This document shows, piece by piece, positions 26,711-35,407 of a stretch of 48,847 nucleotides of DNA. A program made the translations under genes and the position numbers. The notes below the pieces were generated by a model. That model was given only the letters and a program-made list of their open reading frames with translations, made no database searches and was not told the DNA's origin. The stretch is from an uncultured Piscirickettsiaceae bacterium (GTDB lineage Bacteria; Pseudomonadota; Gammaproteobacteria; GCF-002020875): the NCBI GenBank assembly GCA_964344805.1, contig CAYFOU010000002.1:1-48847 (forward strand), written 5' to 3'. The number at the start of each line of letters is the position of its first letter. Within the stretch, counting starts at the first letter, position 1.

Positions 26711-26923
26711 ATGTCATGGTTAATGATTTTGCAGGTGCTGATCGGTGACCTGCTGAACTTTTTGGCAATCGCGTTTCCCAAGAGAACGCGATATGAGGTC
26801 TTGCTGAGGCTTGCCGAGAGGGCGGCAGATGAGAGTGAGAACAAGCTCGATGATGATGCCGTTGCAGCGCTTCGGAAGAACTTCGATGAGTACATGGGCG
26901 AGAGCCAGTCAGAGTCCAAGTAA
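26711..26923 (+). CDS. small membrane protein (70 aa), holin-like topology
   Basis: Strong AAGGAG RBS. It has an N-terminal hydrophobic helix (WLMILQVLIGDLLNFLAIAF) followed by a highly charged tail. Confidence 0.55.
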   Translation: MSWLMILQVLIGDLLNFLAIAFPKRTRYEVLLRLAERAADESENKLDDDAVAALRKNFDEYMGESQSESK

Positions 26924-26927
26924 CGTA

Positions 26928-28697
26928 ATGATTGACGTAAAGTCATTTGGTGGAGAGAGTCCGCTGCATGCAGCTGACAAGCTGGAGGCGTGGCAGGCTC
27001 AGCAGGCTACTGACTGTGTATTCCTGAATGGGAACCTGCGGCCAGCCAGAACCAATGCTGTGACCTCATTGAATGTGCAGTCCGATGTGAAAACGCTGGC
27101 CCTGTTGACTACGTTGAAGGATTCAGCGGGGAATACCCAATCGGCAGTTGATGGAGGTGTCTGGTTGCGATGGACCAAGGATGTTGATACAGCCAAGGCC
27201 CCTATACAGAACGACAACCTCCACTATATGTTCTACACCGGTGATGGGTACCCGAAAATGACGTGGTACGGGAAATCTCATACTGGTTCGCCTGCATATC
27301 CGCCAGGGGATAACCATGAGCGTATTGGGGTGCCCCCGCCAGAGAGTGCGATGACGGTTACGGTGTCTGGTGAGAGTTCAGTGCCTGCTGCTGTTCCAAC
27401 CAATCGCCCCTACGTGTTCACTTATGTGAATAAGGGGGGGATGAGTGCTTATCAGCAAGAGGGCGTTCAGTCTCCTGCTGCCGTTGTCGATTGGCTCCCT
27501 GGGCAGGCGGTAACGCTGTCAGATATTGCTGTTCCAACCGGTGAGTCCGGTGTGACCCACAAGAGGATCTACCGGTATCGGCAGGGCAGCGGCGGTGGAG
27601 CCTTCTATCTGGTTGCAGAGATTGATGTAAGCGAAACCACGTTTGTTGACAGCCTGGACGACAGTGATCTGCCCGGAGGTGTTCTGGAAACATCGACTTT
27701 TATGCCTCCCCCCGATGACCTGCAGGGCATTGTGACGCTCGCCGGCGGCGTGATGGCGGGATTCTCTGGGCGGGACATCTGGTTTTCTGACCCCAACCAC
27801 CCATTCGCATGGCCGCTGGAGTACCGCATGACGGTTGACTTTGACCCTGTGACGCTCTCTCCGCTTGGAAATGGTGTGGTGGTGTTGACCACGGGGTACC
27901 CCTATATTATCGCTGGATCTACTCCTGCGAGCTTTGGCAGGCAGCGCCTCGGCATTGATCAGGCGTGTGTCTCGAAGCGATCAGTGGTCTCTGATGGGAA
28001 CTTTGTTATTTATGCCGCACCTGACGGCCTTGTGGGGGTTTCATTGGGCAAAGCGGATCTTTTGACAGTAAACGTCATGACTCCCACACAGTGGAGATCC
28101 CTGAAGCCAGAAACCATGCGCTGCGAGGTTCATGAGTCTCAGGTTGTTGTGTTTTACGATGATGGCGCAACGAAAGGCTCGTTTGTTCTTGATCCAAAGA
28201 ACCCGCGCAATGGACTGTCATTTTCTGACTTCCATACTGATATTTCGTACCGGGATCTGGTCGATGACACCTTGTATGTAAGAGGTTCGGCGGGGCTTGA
28301 GACGTGGAGATCGGGTGGTGATCTGAAGAAATACCAATGGCGGTCGAAGAAGTTCACTTTCGGTATGCCGGTATCGATGTCATCCCTGAAAATCGAGACA
28401 GTGCAGAGCGCGACCGATTCTGTTGTTGCCCGGACGGGGAACAGCCCCGTCGCCTCGGCTGCCAGATCAGTTGCAATCAAGGTCTATGCAGACGGGGTAG
28501 TGCTGAAGAATGCTGATGGTTCGGACTTCACGCTTACCTATAAAGGTGCCGATGATGCCGATGCTGCTCATTTTGACAGTGGTTTTGTACATCGCCTCCC
28601 TGCATGCGGGGCTGCCCATGTCTGGGAGTTTGAGCTTGCTGGAGACGCTGAGGTCCGGTCAGTGAAGATTGCCCCATCAGTTTCAGGATTGCATTGA
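26928..28697 (+). CDS. large tail structural protein (589 aa), nozzle/tubular-type suspected
   Basis: ATG 26928 follows the previous stop by 4 nt. The ORF-track start 26811 overlaps the 70-aa gene. The sequence is beta-rich and sits in the tail block; the specific role is inferred only. Confidence 0.5.
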   Translation: MIDVKSFGGESPLHAADKLEAWQAQQATDCVFLNGNLRPARTNAVTSLNVQSDVKTLALLTTLKDSAGNTQSAVDGGVWLRWTKDVDTAKAPIQNDNLHYMFYTGDGYPKMTWYGKSHTGSPAYPPGDNHERIGVPPPESAMTVTVSGESSVPAAVPTNRPYVFTYVNKGGMSAYQQEGVQSPAAVVDWLPGQAVTLSDIAVPTGESGVTHKRIYRYRQGSGGGAFYLVAEIDVSETTFVDSLDDSDLPGGVLETSTFMPPPDDLQGIVTLAGGVMAGFSGRDIWFSDPNHPFAWPLEYRMTVDFDPVTLSPLGNGVVVLTTGYPYIIAGSTPASFGRQRLGIDQACVSKRSVVSDGNFVIYAAPDGLVGVSLGKADLLTVNVMTPTQWRSLKPETMRCEVHESQVVVFYDDGATKGSFVLDPKNPRNGLSFSDFHTDISYRDLVDDTLYVRGSAGLETWRSGGDLKKYQWRSKKFTFGMPVSMSSLKIETVQSATDSVVARTGNSPVASAARSVAIKVYADGVVLKNADGSDFTLTYKGADDADAAHFDSGFVHRLPACGAAHVWEFELAGDAEVRSVKIAPSVSGLH

Positions 28698-29950
28698 TGG
28701 CTAGTCAGCTACCCTCTGTTCCAGAGTCGATTGCCACCTCATCACCAGAAATTGCTCAGTATCTGGAGTCATTACGGCAGGCGGCTGACAATCAACTGCA
28801 GGCCCTTGGAAATCTGGTCAACAATGCACTTACATTGCCGCACGGGACTGCGACACTCCCTGTTGGGTTAACTGACAATGAAACGCCCGTCTACTATGGG
28901 GCTCCGCCAATGTTGTTGGGGGTCGTGGCCGGCGGCGCGATCAATCATGTCATGTTGCGCTGGAACAGCCCGAACAACAGCAACCATTCCCATGTTGAGG
29001 TATGGCGAGCCACGTCAAACTACATCGTTGGTGCAGAAAGAATAGGGACAACCTACAGCAACAATTTCTCTGACGAGGTTGACCCGGGGAAAACCTATTT
29101 CTATTGGGTCCGGGCGGTATCGAAGGCCAATGTCCTGGGGCCATGGCAATCAGACGAGGGGGTCCAGGGCAGTACAGAGCAAGATTCTGCGCACATTATT
29201 GATGTTCTCACGACGAAGGTTGATGGCTATTGCGTTGATGGCGGCGGTGTGATCCTTCATGACTATGATGGGAACGAGTCTGGCTGTACTGCAGATGGTC
29301 ACCAATGGGTTGCAACCAACTATATTCGGTTGCCATTCAAGCTGGTTGAGATTGGATATTGCATCAATAACGATGGAGATCCTCTGACCGAATATCAGAG
29401 CCAAACCACTTGTGACGCAGCCGGCGGGGCCTGGGTGGAGCCCGGTGTGTATATGGATGCTGCGTGGATCATCAAAGCCTCGATCACCTCTGCGCATATC
29501 GCCCAGTTGTATGCCGATGATATTGATGTGGACGAGCTGTCAGCATTTACGGCGAATCTTGGTGATGTGGTGGCCGGCACCCTGAAGGGGCCGAGAGGGA
29601 ATTTTCAGGTTGATCTGTGGAAAGGGCAGCTCAACGTATTTGATGACACCGGCCAGCTTCGGGTTCGCCTTGGTGAACTTGGGGAGATCGTCACCTCCGT
29701 GGGACAGCAGACCATCAAGATGATTAATGAGATGGATTACCGGCCTCCGGGGGAGGAGGGGGTATCGATCCTCAACGCTGATGTTTATCAGTGGATTGAG
29801 ACCAACAAGATGACCCAAATTGAATTCTGGACCTACCTGATGCAGAGCGACAATAAGGATCTGTTTGTTGTCTGGGCGAAAGATGCAGCAGGGTTGTGCT
29901 CCCTGATGACCGAGGCAGCCGGGGCTGAATTGAACTGGAGTTGCGCATAG
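28697..29950 (+). CDS. tail fibre/host-specificity (J-like) protein (417 aa) with FN3-like module
   Basis: TGATG overlap with the previous gene. The segment ..VMLRWNSPNNSNHSHVEVWRA....GKTYFYWVRAVSKANVLGPWQ is FN3-like, as in central-fibre proteins. The C-terminal ..GVYMDAAWIIKASITSAHIAQL.. resembles J-type tips. Confidence 0.55.
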   Translation: MASQLPSVPESIATSSPEIAQYLESLRQAADNQLQALGNLVNNALTLPHGTATLPVGLTDNETPVYYGAPPMLLGVVAGGAINHVMLRWNSPNNSNHSHVEVWRATSNYIVGAERIGTTYSNNFSDEVDPGKTYFYWVRAVSKANVLGPWQSDEGVQGSTEQDSAHIIDVLTTKVDGYCVDGGGVILHDYDGNESGCTADGHQWVATNYIRLPFKLVEIGYCINNDGDPLTEYQSQTTCDAAGGAWVEPGVYMDAAWIIKASITSAHIAQLYADDIDVDELSAFTANLGDVVAGTLKGPRGNFQVDLWKGQLNVFDDTGQLRVRLGELGEIVTSVGQQTIKMINEMDYRPPGEEGVSILNADVYQWIETNKMTQIEFWTYLMQSDNKDLFVVWAKDAAGLCSLMTEAAGAELNWSCA

Positions 29951-30255
29951 TGGGCCAGCACGATCACACAGGGCTTCATGGCCTTGATCTGGTGAATCCA
30001 GATGGCTCTATTGCCTATTCAACTACGGAGGTTTCATGGAGTCAGGTTGGTTTTTTTGTTGCCCCGGCTAATAAAGAGACATCAATTGATCTGCCCGGGG
30101 CGGGCGGTTTGGAGCTGGCAACAATGCAATTTCCTGTGTACATGAATGATATGGAAGGTATTGCAGTCAAGGCACATGAGGTGACGATCTCAGGGACAAA
30201 AATCACGGCCTCTGGTGGGGAGGCTGCCAGCTCGATCTTGGTATTGGGGAGATAG
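29950..30255 (+). CDS. hypothetical tail-associated protein (101 aa)
   Basis: Its GTG overlaps the previous TAG by 1 nt, and GGAG lies 9 nt upstream. Confidence 0.45.
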   Translation: MGQHDHTGLHGLDLVNPDGSIAYSTTEVSWSQVGFFVAPANKETSIDLPGAGGLELATMQFPVYMNDMEGIAVKAHEVTISGTKITASGGEAASSILVLGR

Positions 30256-30257
30256 GC

Positions 30258-32252
30258 ATGGGTATTCGACTGGAGGCTGAGCCTATCGCCGGTGAGGTTG
30301 CCTGCCCTTTGGGATCAAGCCCGGTTTCTTCATCAAGCAATCATTGCTTCAGGGTGTCGGCAGATGCAGCAGGTATTGGTGAGAATAATGAGTGTGCCGG
30401 CACGCTATTGGAGTTGGGAGGAGAATACTATTCTGTAGCTTCTCCTGACTACGACGAGAGCTTGCTGCAGACTTCTGGAGCAGAATTTCAGGTGGCTGCT
30501 CCTGATGGAAAACAGTGTAGTGCGGGTCTGCTGACTGTCAAAATGCTTGGCAAAGTGCCTGACGCAGGATATACCTCGTTGAGTGGTTTTGGTGACATGA
30601 TCAATCCTCAGTTGCCGGTTTTCAACGATGATTGGAGCTGGTTTGAGTATAGGATCAGCGATCCATCTACTGATACGGGGGAGTTTTCAGGAATTGAGCT
30701 TGTCCTTGGTGGTGTGACCTATCTGGTGGACAGTGCATTCGACCCAAACACAGTGATTCCTGGAACGTTCAATGTCTATTTGAATGACCCGCTGCCTGAG
30801 CCAGAGCCTCCACCGGACCCGCTTCCAATAGACTGGGTTGCTCCGCCTGATCCTGAGCCTACCCACTCCATATTTGTTGTAGAGGTGAAGGAGATTCAGG
30901 CGGCTGCACCTGATGCTGGATTTGTTCAGTCAGAAACGCTGGTTTTCCCCGGGGGGGAGAGAGGGGCTGGCAGGTGGAGTATCACAGATTTCGCCACGTT
31001 TGCCTCTGTAGAGGCGAGAACAGACCTGGCTGGTGCAGCCTGCTCTTCGAGAACAGAAAAGCTTGCGCTGCATCAAAATGTCCCTGGATTCGGTACCGAG
31101 ATCAGCGTTGAGGCTAATTTTGATGAGTCAATGCTGAAGACAGATGGTGCCTCATTCTATTTCTTTGCCACTTTCTTCTGCAGCCTCTACACAGTTGCCA
31201 TTTCAGAAAAGGTGAAAGCGTGCCCTGAAGGGTATTTCTATAACGCTGAGCTCGATATATGCCAGTCAATTGTTGAATATGAGGTTGAGCTGGATGCTGA
31301 CCGTGAGAGCCAGAAGAGTGGTGATCACTTTGTCTATACAGACACTGTACATGGCCTCAAGGTGTTCAATGACAGTAATAAGGTGATGCTGAATTCTGAT
31401 ATGAAGCAGTTTCACTATTACGGTAAAGCAGCGTATCACTCGCTAATTAACAGTCACAGCGAGTATGGCGGGATGGGTTTTCATACCTACGACATCTATT
31501 TGTCCAAGGACATTTTTCCGCTGGTGTTTATCCGGCCTGCTGATTATTTAAAATTGCACGCGCTGCTCTCGGTTAGAACGGTTGGTGAAGGACGCTGGAT
31601 TTGTGATGTGGCTGTTGGTGGAATAGGCACTGAGCCCCCTGAGATCCATGTGTTTGTCACGCCTGATTCTGTTGAGGAGCCTGATGATAGGTATGGCATG
31701 CAGACCTTTACTGGAGAGGGCGAACTGTCATTTGATAGCCGAAGAAAACCATTGGTCATATTTGATGGTGGAGGAACTCATGTTGATGCCATCCCATCAT
31801 TGGGGGGCAAGAACCTCAATCCTGCTGTTCCATATGAAATTGATTTGTCTGATGATTTGGGTACGAGTAATGATGATTTGATGTTCAGCGCCCCCAGTCT
31901 TGCACATGCGGAGCGTGAATATACGGAGTCTGCTGGCGATACCTGGTGTTTCCCATGTTGCTCTTGTGAGATCTACAAGAAATGGTGGAAATCCATTGAT
32001 GTGAATTGGGCTTTTTACCGAAACGGCTTCACCATTGAGGGTGGCAAGTTCAAATCTGGGTGGATTACCTTTTTGTCTGGAAACATTCATCGTCATCAGA
32101 GTGGTTCTGGGTTAAGCCTGTTTGGCATGATCGACTTGTTCTCTTGGGGGGAGCGTGACACGGCAAGTGGCTCCCCTCCGCTCAGAAATGACTCATGTAA
32201 TGTGACTATCCCAAATACCTACTTGATCACCAAAGTATCGAGGTATGTATGA
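30258..32252 (+). CDS. large hypothetical virion/tail protein (664 aa) with Pro/Glu/Asp linker (PLPEPEPPPDPLPIDWVAPPDPEP)
   Basis: Long ORF with a GGGGAGA RBS and an internal duplicated segment (DYDESLLQTSGAEFQV vs NFDESMLKTDGASFYF). No enzymatic motif was recognised. Confidence 0.55.
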   Translation: MGIRLEAEPIAGEVACPLGSSPVSSSSNHCFRVSADAAGIGENNECAGTLLELGGEYYSVASPDYDESLLQTSGAEFQVAAPDGKQCSAGLLTVKMLGKVPDAGYTSLSGFGDMINPQLPVFNDDWSWFEYRISDPSTDTGEFSGIELVLGGVTYLVDSAFDPNTVIPGTFNVYLNDPLPEPEPPPDPLPIDWVAPPDPEPTHSIFVVEVKEIQAAAPDAGFVQSETLVFPGGERGAGRWSITDFATFASVEARTDLAGAACSSRTEKLALHQNVPGFGTEISVEANFDESMLKTDGASFYFFATFFCSLYTVAISEKVKACPEGYFYNAELDICQSIVEYEVELDADRESQKSGDHFVYTDTVHGLKVFNDSNKVMLNSDMKQFHYYGKAAYHSLINSHSEYGGMGFHTYDIYLSKDIFPLVFIRPADYLKLHALLSVRTVGEGRWICDVAVGGIGTEPPEIHVFVTPDSVEEPDDRYGMQTFTGEGELSFDSRRKPLVIFDGGGTHVDAIPSLGGKNLNPAVPYEIDLSDDLGTSNDDLMFSAPSLAHAEREYTESAGDTWCFPCCSCEIYKKWWKSIDVNWAFYRNGFTIEGGKFKSGWITFLSGNIHRHQSGSGLSLFGMIDLFSWGERDTASGSPPLRNDSCNVTIPNTYLITKVSRYV

Positions 32253-32458
32253 GCACGCAGTTGACCAAAGTTGAATTCCAGGTGCGTGAGCTGGAATCTG
32301 GCGTAGGCATTCTGGTGATGGTCGAGCGATTAAAGGTATCGCCTACAGGTGAGCAAAAAGAGTCGTCTGATACAGTTTTTCTTGATGCAGATATTCCAGC
32401 TGATGAGGTGACCGAGAGCTGGGTAAGAGCAGAGCTGAAGAAAGAGGGGATGCTATGA
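32249..32458 (+). CDS. hypothetical acidic protein (69 aa)
   Basis: ATGA overlaps at both ends suggest translational coupling. Confidence 0.5.
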   Translation: MSTQLTKVEFQVRELESGVGILVMVERLKVSPTGEQKESSDTVFLDADIPADEVTESWVRAELKKEGML

Positions 32459-33063
32459 CTTCAGTAAGGGAGGAAATCAACACCTATGCAGCAGCAGTGG
32501 CATCAGCTGTTTCGAGTGTTGATGCATTCAAATTTAAGCACATGAGGGGGGCCATGGGCGGATACCTCTCAGCGATATCGGTTGCATTGTGTTTTGCTGA
32601 TTACTCAAAGATCCCAGGTGCGACCCAGGAGAAGGTGATTAACACTATCCTGTCCAACTCAGTCAGATCAGCATTTTCGGCGCAGAAGCGACTGCTCCTC
32701 GATATGCAGAAACGGAAGTCGAATGCTACAGCAGGCGATGCTCGCTTAAAGGGTGTGGTGTATACGGACAATCCGCATGAAATCACTGATTTTTTTGCAG
32801 GCAGATACTGCTCACTGGCTCCATATTCAAGCGGGGCTCCGTGCTTCGCAAAGCTTGTGCTGACCGGTGATACACCGCTATACAAGCAGGCAGGGTATGA
32901 GGTGATGCCTGATAATCTGGTCTTGTTTGGGGTCTACAACCCTGAAGAAGAGGTTGTCCACGTATTTGGGAACCCCATCTCTTTCACAGTAGATCTGAAT
33001 TCAGCGGTGCTCGCGTCGGTTGAGCTATTTGATGTCGTAGTCAGGCAGGATGAGGATCAGTAG
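32455..33063 (+). CDS. hypothetical protein (202 aa)
   Basis: ATGA overlap upstream. No motif recognised. Confidence 0.5.
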   Translation: MTSVREEINTYAAAVASAVSSVDAFKFKHMRGAMGGYLSAISVALCFADYSKIPGATQEKVINTILSNSVRSAFSAQKRLLLDMQKRKSNATAGDARLKGVVYTDNPHEITDFFAGRYCSLAPYSSGAPCFAKLVLTGDTPLYKQAGYEVMPDNLVLFGVYNPEEEVVHVFGNPISFTVDLNSAVLASVELFDVVVRQDEDQ

Positions 33064-33078
33064 GAAGGAGGGTTCGCA

Positions 33079-33345
33079 TTGTTCGGGATTTTCTCTGAAT
33101 ATAGGAACTTCATGATTGATGGCCGTCCTGTTGAGGTCGGCATGACGGAAGTGCGAGACTTCTATGTTCATCTTGGTTCGGGCGGCTATAGGTTACAGCC
33201 TGCTGATGAAGAGGATGGCTGGCTGGTGTTCAACGGGTCTCTCTATGAGCTTCAGGAGATGGTCTTGATTGATGGTCAATTGGAAGTTGCTGCTGATACT
33301 GATCTTGATGGCAAGCTGGTAACAGTCTTGTCTCGCATGGGGTAG
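33079..33345 (+). CDS. hypothetical protein (88 aa, TTG start)
   Basis: Strong AAGGAGG lies 7 nt upstream of TTG 33079. Confidence 0.5.
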   Translation: MFGIFSEYRNFMIDGRPVEVGMTEVRDFYVHLGSGGYRLQPADEEDGWLVFNGSLYELQEMVLIDGQLEVAADTDLDGKLVTVLSRMG

Positions 33346-33351
33346 AGCAAT

Positions 33352-33678
33352 ATGACATTCGAACATTTTCTTGAGCTGTTCAATTTGGCGGCTTATGAAG
33401 CGGCAGTTGATAAAGCCTCTGTCGTTACGGCCACAAGCAAAGAGGATGAGATCCGATCCTCTGGCCTGGACAGCTTGGACTGGAGCGTCGCCATGATGTA
33501 CATGGGTGACATGTTCGGTATTTCAGATGAGCAGATGGGCGATGTTCAGGATCTAATTGTTGAGGGGCGCACGCTTTCTGACCTGTATGGATTTGTGCTT
33601 GAGCACAAAACAAAAGACATGGAGCTTGAAGAAGCTGAGGCGATGATCAAAGCCGATTCTGCTGAGGATATTGCATGA
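33352..33678 (+). CDS. acyl carrier protein-like (108 aa)
   Basis: Carrier-protein signature SGLDSLDWSVAMMYMGDMFGISDEQM, with Ser41 (33472-33474) at the phosphopantetheine position. It is a small acidic helical protein. Confidence 0.8.
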   Translation: MTFEHFLELFNLAAYEAAVDKASVVTATSKEDEIRSSGLDSLDWSVAMMYMGDMFGISDEQMGDVQDLIVEGRTLSDLYGFVLEHKTKDMELEEAEAMIKADSAEDIA

Positions 33679-34742
33679 ATCTGCGGCATATCAGCTCTGT
33701 CTATTCGACCTCTGTCACCGCGATTCATGACTGCAGTTACCCGTCAAACGTCCATGCGGTGATCACAAAACAGAACCGAAAAGTAGCAGCGGGCTACACT
33801 ATCATTCCGCATGCCTTAATTGAAAAATGTCTTCGGCCTTATGCCGAACAGCTGAAGGCGGCTGCCAGTAAGGGGCGCTCTGGATTTATCTTGGCAACAG
33901 GAAATACTCACTGGGACGGGTATCAGGTCAAGCGAAAAAGAGAGCCGTCAAATGTACCCACATTCAGGACTGTCGCTCTATCAACCACCAATATCTATGC
34001 AGGAAGAATCGCTAATTCTCTGGGCTATAACGACTATATCTCAACTGATGCAACTGCCTGTTTGTCAGCATACAGCGCAATGTTCGTGGCGCAGATGCTG
34101 ATTGAGAGTCAGCGTCTGGAACGTGTTCTTGTTGTTGCCGCTGAAGACGCAACCGCACACGACAGTATAGAGTTCTTTGGTGAATACCATGCAGCAGTAA
34201 CGCTAGAAGATGAGCAGAATGGCAAATTGCCAAGCGCCTTTGATGATCGGCACGGGGGGTTCCGTATCGGGCATGGTGCAGGATTTGTGCTGCTGGAGCG
34301 CAGCGGACCAGGCCCGGAAATTGATGTCGCGGTAAATGCTGAGCCATTTGGCAATGCTCTCGGTCAGAGCGAGTCAGGAGACGGGTATGTCACAGCAATG
34401 AGAAGCGTGGAGCTTGATGGCGTGGACCTGATCAAGACCCACGGCACCGGGACTCCAACGAACAATCAGGCTGAGCGATCGGCCATTGAGAGTGTGTTTG
34501 GCGATGATTTTGTAGCAACCAGTTACAAGCCGATGATCGGTCACACAATGGCCCCGAACGGGATCATTGAGCTGGACATCCTCCTGCAGGACATGTCCAG
34601 AGGGGTGGTGTCAGGGATAAAAAATCGCACAGTCGATGATGATCAATTTTTATCTGCAGACAGAGAGATGTCTGTCAGAAAGGCGCTGTGCCTGGGGAGT
34701 GGGATGGGGAACGGATTCGCGGCAATGACTGTAACCGTGTGA
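33675..34742 (+). CDS. beta-ketoacyl-ACP synthase, KAS I/II (FabB/FabF/NodE)-like (355 aa)
   Basis: It carries DATAC(129)LSAYSAM, FDDRHGGFRIGHGAGFVLLE, KTH(256)GTGTPTNNQAE, KPMIGH(290)TMAPNG and C-terminal LGSGMGNGFAAM, in the order and spacing expected for a Cys-His-His condensing enzyme. Its ATG overlaps the ACP TGA. Confidence 0.82.
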   Translation: MNLRHISSVYSTSVTAIHDCSYPSNVHAVITKQNRKVAAGYTIIPHALIEKCLRPYAEQLKAAASKGRSGFILATGNTHWDGYQVKRKREPSNVPTFRTVALSTTNIYAGRIANSLGYNDYISTDATACLSAYSAMFVAQMLIESQRLERVLVVAAEDATAHDSIEFFGEYHAAVTLEDEQNGKLPSAFDDRHGGFRIGHGAGFVLLERSGPGPEIDVAVNAEPFGNALGQSESGDGYVTAMRSVELDGVDLIKTHGTGTPTNNQAERSAIESVFGDDFVATSYKPMIGHTMAPNGIIELDILLQDMSRGVVSGIKNRTVDDDQFLSADREMSVRKALCLGSGMGNGFAAMTVTV

Positions 34743-34799
34743 CAGTTGGCATGCTGCTTGCTCAGGATAGTCGAATCTTTCAAGCAAGTGGAGGGAGTG

Positions 34800-35306
34800 A
34801 TGGAAAAAGTCGTGTTATTGGCGTTTTTTGCTGTGGGGGCAGCACAGGCCAACGAAAATTCGGCGTTCATGTCGATCAATGGGTTTGCAGGGGATTCCGG
34901 CACCAAAGGCAGTTATGATGGATATTCTGTGGGGGCCGGGTATTCATTCAATGAGCACTTCTCTCTGGATGGTTCATACTATGTGGAAAATGGTGAGACC
35001 TATCAGGTGAATGGAGCCGATGTCACTGATAAAGGGGATGGTTGGACGCTTGGTGGCGCGATTTCATCCCCTGTTCTTGACAGCCTTACACTTGGTGTCA
35101 GGGCTGGAGCCATACACTGGCGGAATGAGACCGAGCCTGCTGGTGCTGCGACAGTGCATACTGATGGTACCGAGCCTTATTATGGACTTGAGGCTGAGGT
35201 CTCTTTGACAGAGGCTCTTTCGTTCACCGCTGAATACACCCACTATGAGGTGGACAGTATCAATGAGGTTGATGTTCTGAGTGGTGGGCTCCAAGTCCGT
35301 TTCTGA
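34800..35306 (+). CDS. small outer-membrane beta-barrel protein (168 aa), OmpX/Ail/Lom-like
   Basis: GGAGGGA RBS. It has a signal peptide MEKVVLLAFFAVGAAQA/NE, amphipathic strands (GYSVGAGYSFNEHFSLDGSYY.., YYGLEAEVSLTEALSFTAEY) and a terminal ..GGLQVRF. Confidence 0.7.
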   Translation: MEKVVLLAFFAVGAAQANENSAFMSINGFAGDSGTKGSYDGYSVGAGYSFNEHFSLDGSYYVENGETYQVNGADVTDKGDGWTLGGAISSPVLDSLTLGVRAGAIHWRNETEPAGAATVHTDGTEPYYGLEAEVSLTEALSFTAEYTHYEVDSINEVDVLSGGLQVRF

Positions 35307-35342
35307 GCGGGGCAGTCATAAAAAAAACTTGCTCGCTAACCG

Positions 35343-35370
35343 TTGAGCACAGGATTCCTATATTCATAAT
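35343..35370 (+). promoter_or_regulatory. candidate sigma70-type promoter (TTGAGC-16 nt-CATAAT)
   Basis: The hexamers lie at 35343-35348 and 35365-35370 in the 100-nt gap after the OMP gene. Confidence 0.35.
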
Positions 35371-35371
35371 G

Positions 35372-35407
35372 TGGTGTGGACTTTCCGGTTTTCAGGAGAC
35401 CACACCA
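35372..35407 (+). promoter_or_regulatory. hairpin pairing TGGTGTGG with CCACACCA, enclosing the AGGAGA RBS and touching the start codon
   Basis: 8-bp stem (35372-35379 with 35400-35407). The SD at 35394-35399 abuts the 3' arm. Confidence 0.4.

Noticed and set aside
26811-26927. Upstream in-frame extension of the 589-aa tail gene overlapping the 70-aa membrane gene, considered as a possible programmed frameshift fusion
   Set aside because: There is no slippery sequence or stimulatory structure in the overlap. The ATG at 26928 sits 4 nt after the upstream stop, which explains the arrangement. The open extension is probably chance.
34800-35306. The OMP barrel as a lipid A-modifying enzyme (PagP palmitoyltransferase or PagL deacylase), which would fit the ACP/KS neighbours
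   Set aside because: The size fits, but I cannot find the PagL His-x-Ser type catalytic motif or PagP-like sequence. The protein looks like a generic OmpX/Ail/Lom-type barrel. I left this as a hypothesis to test, not a call.
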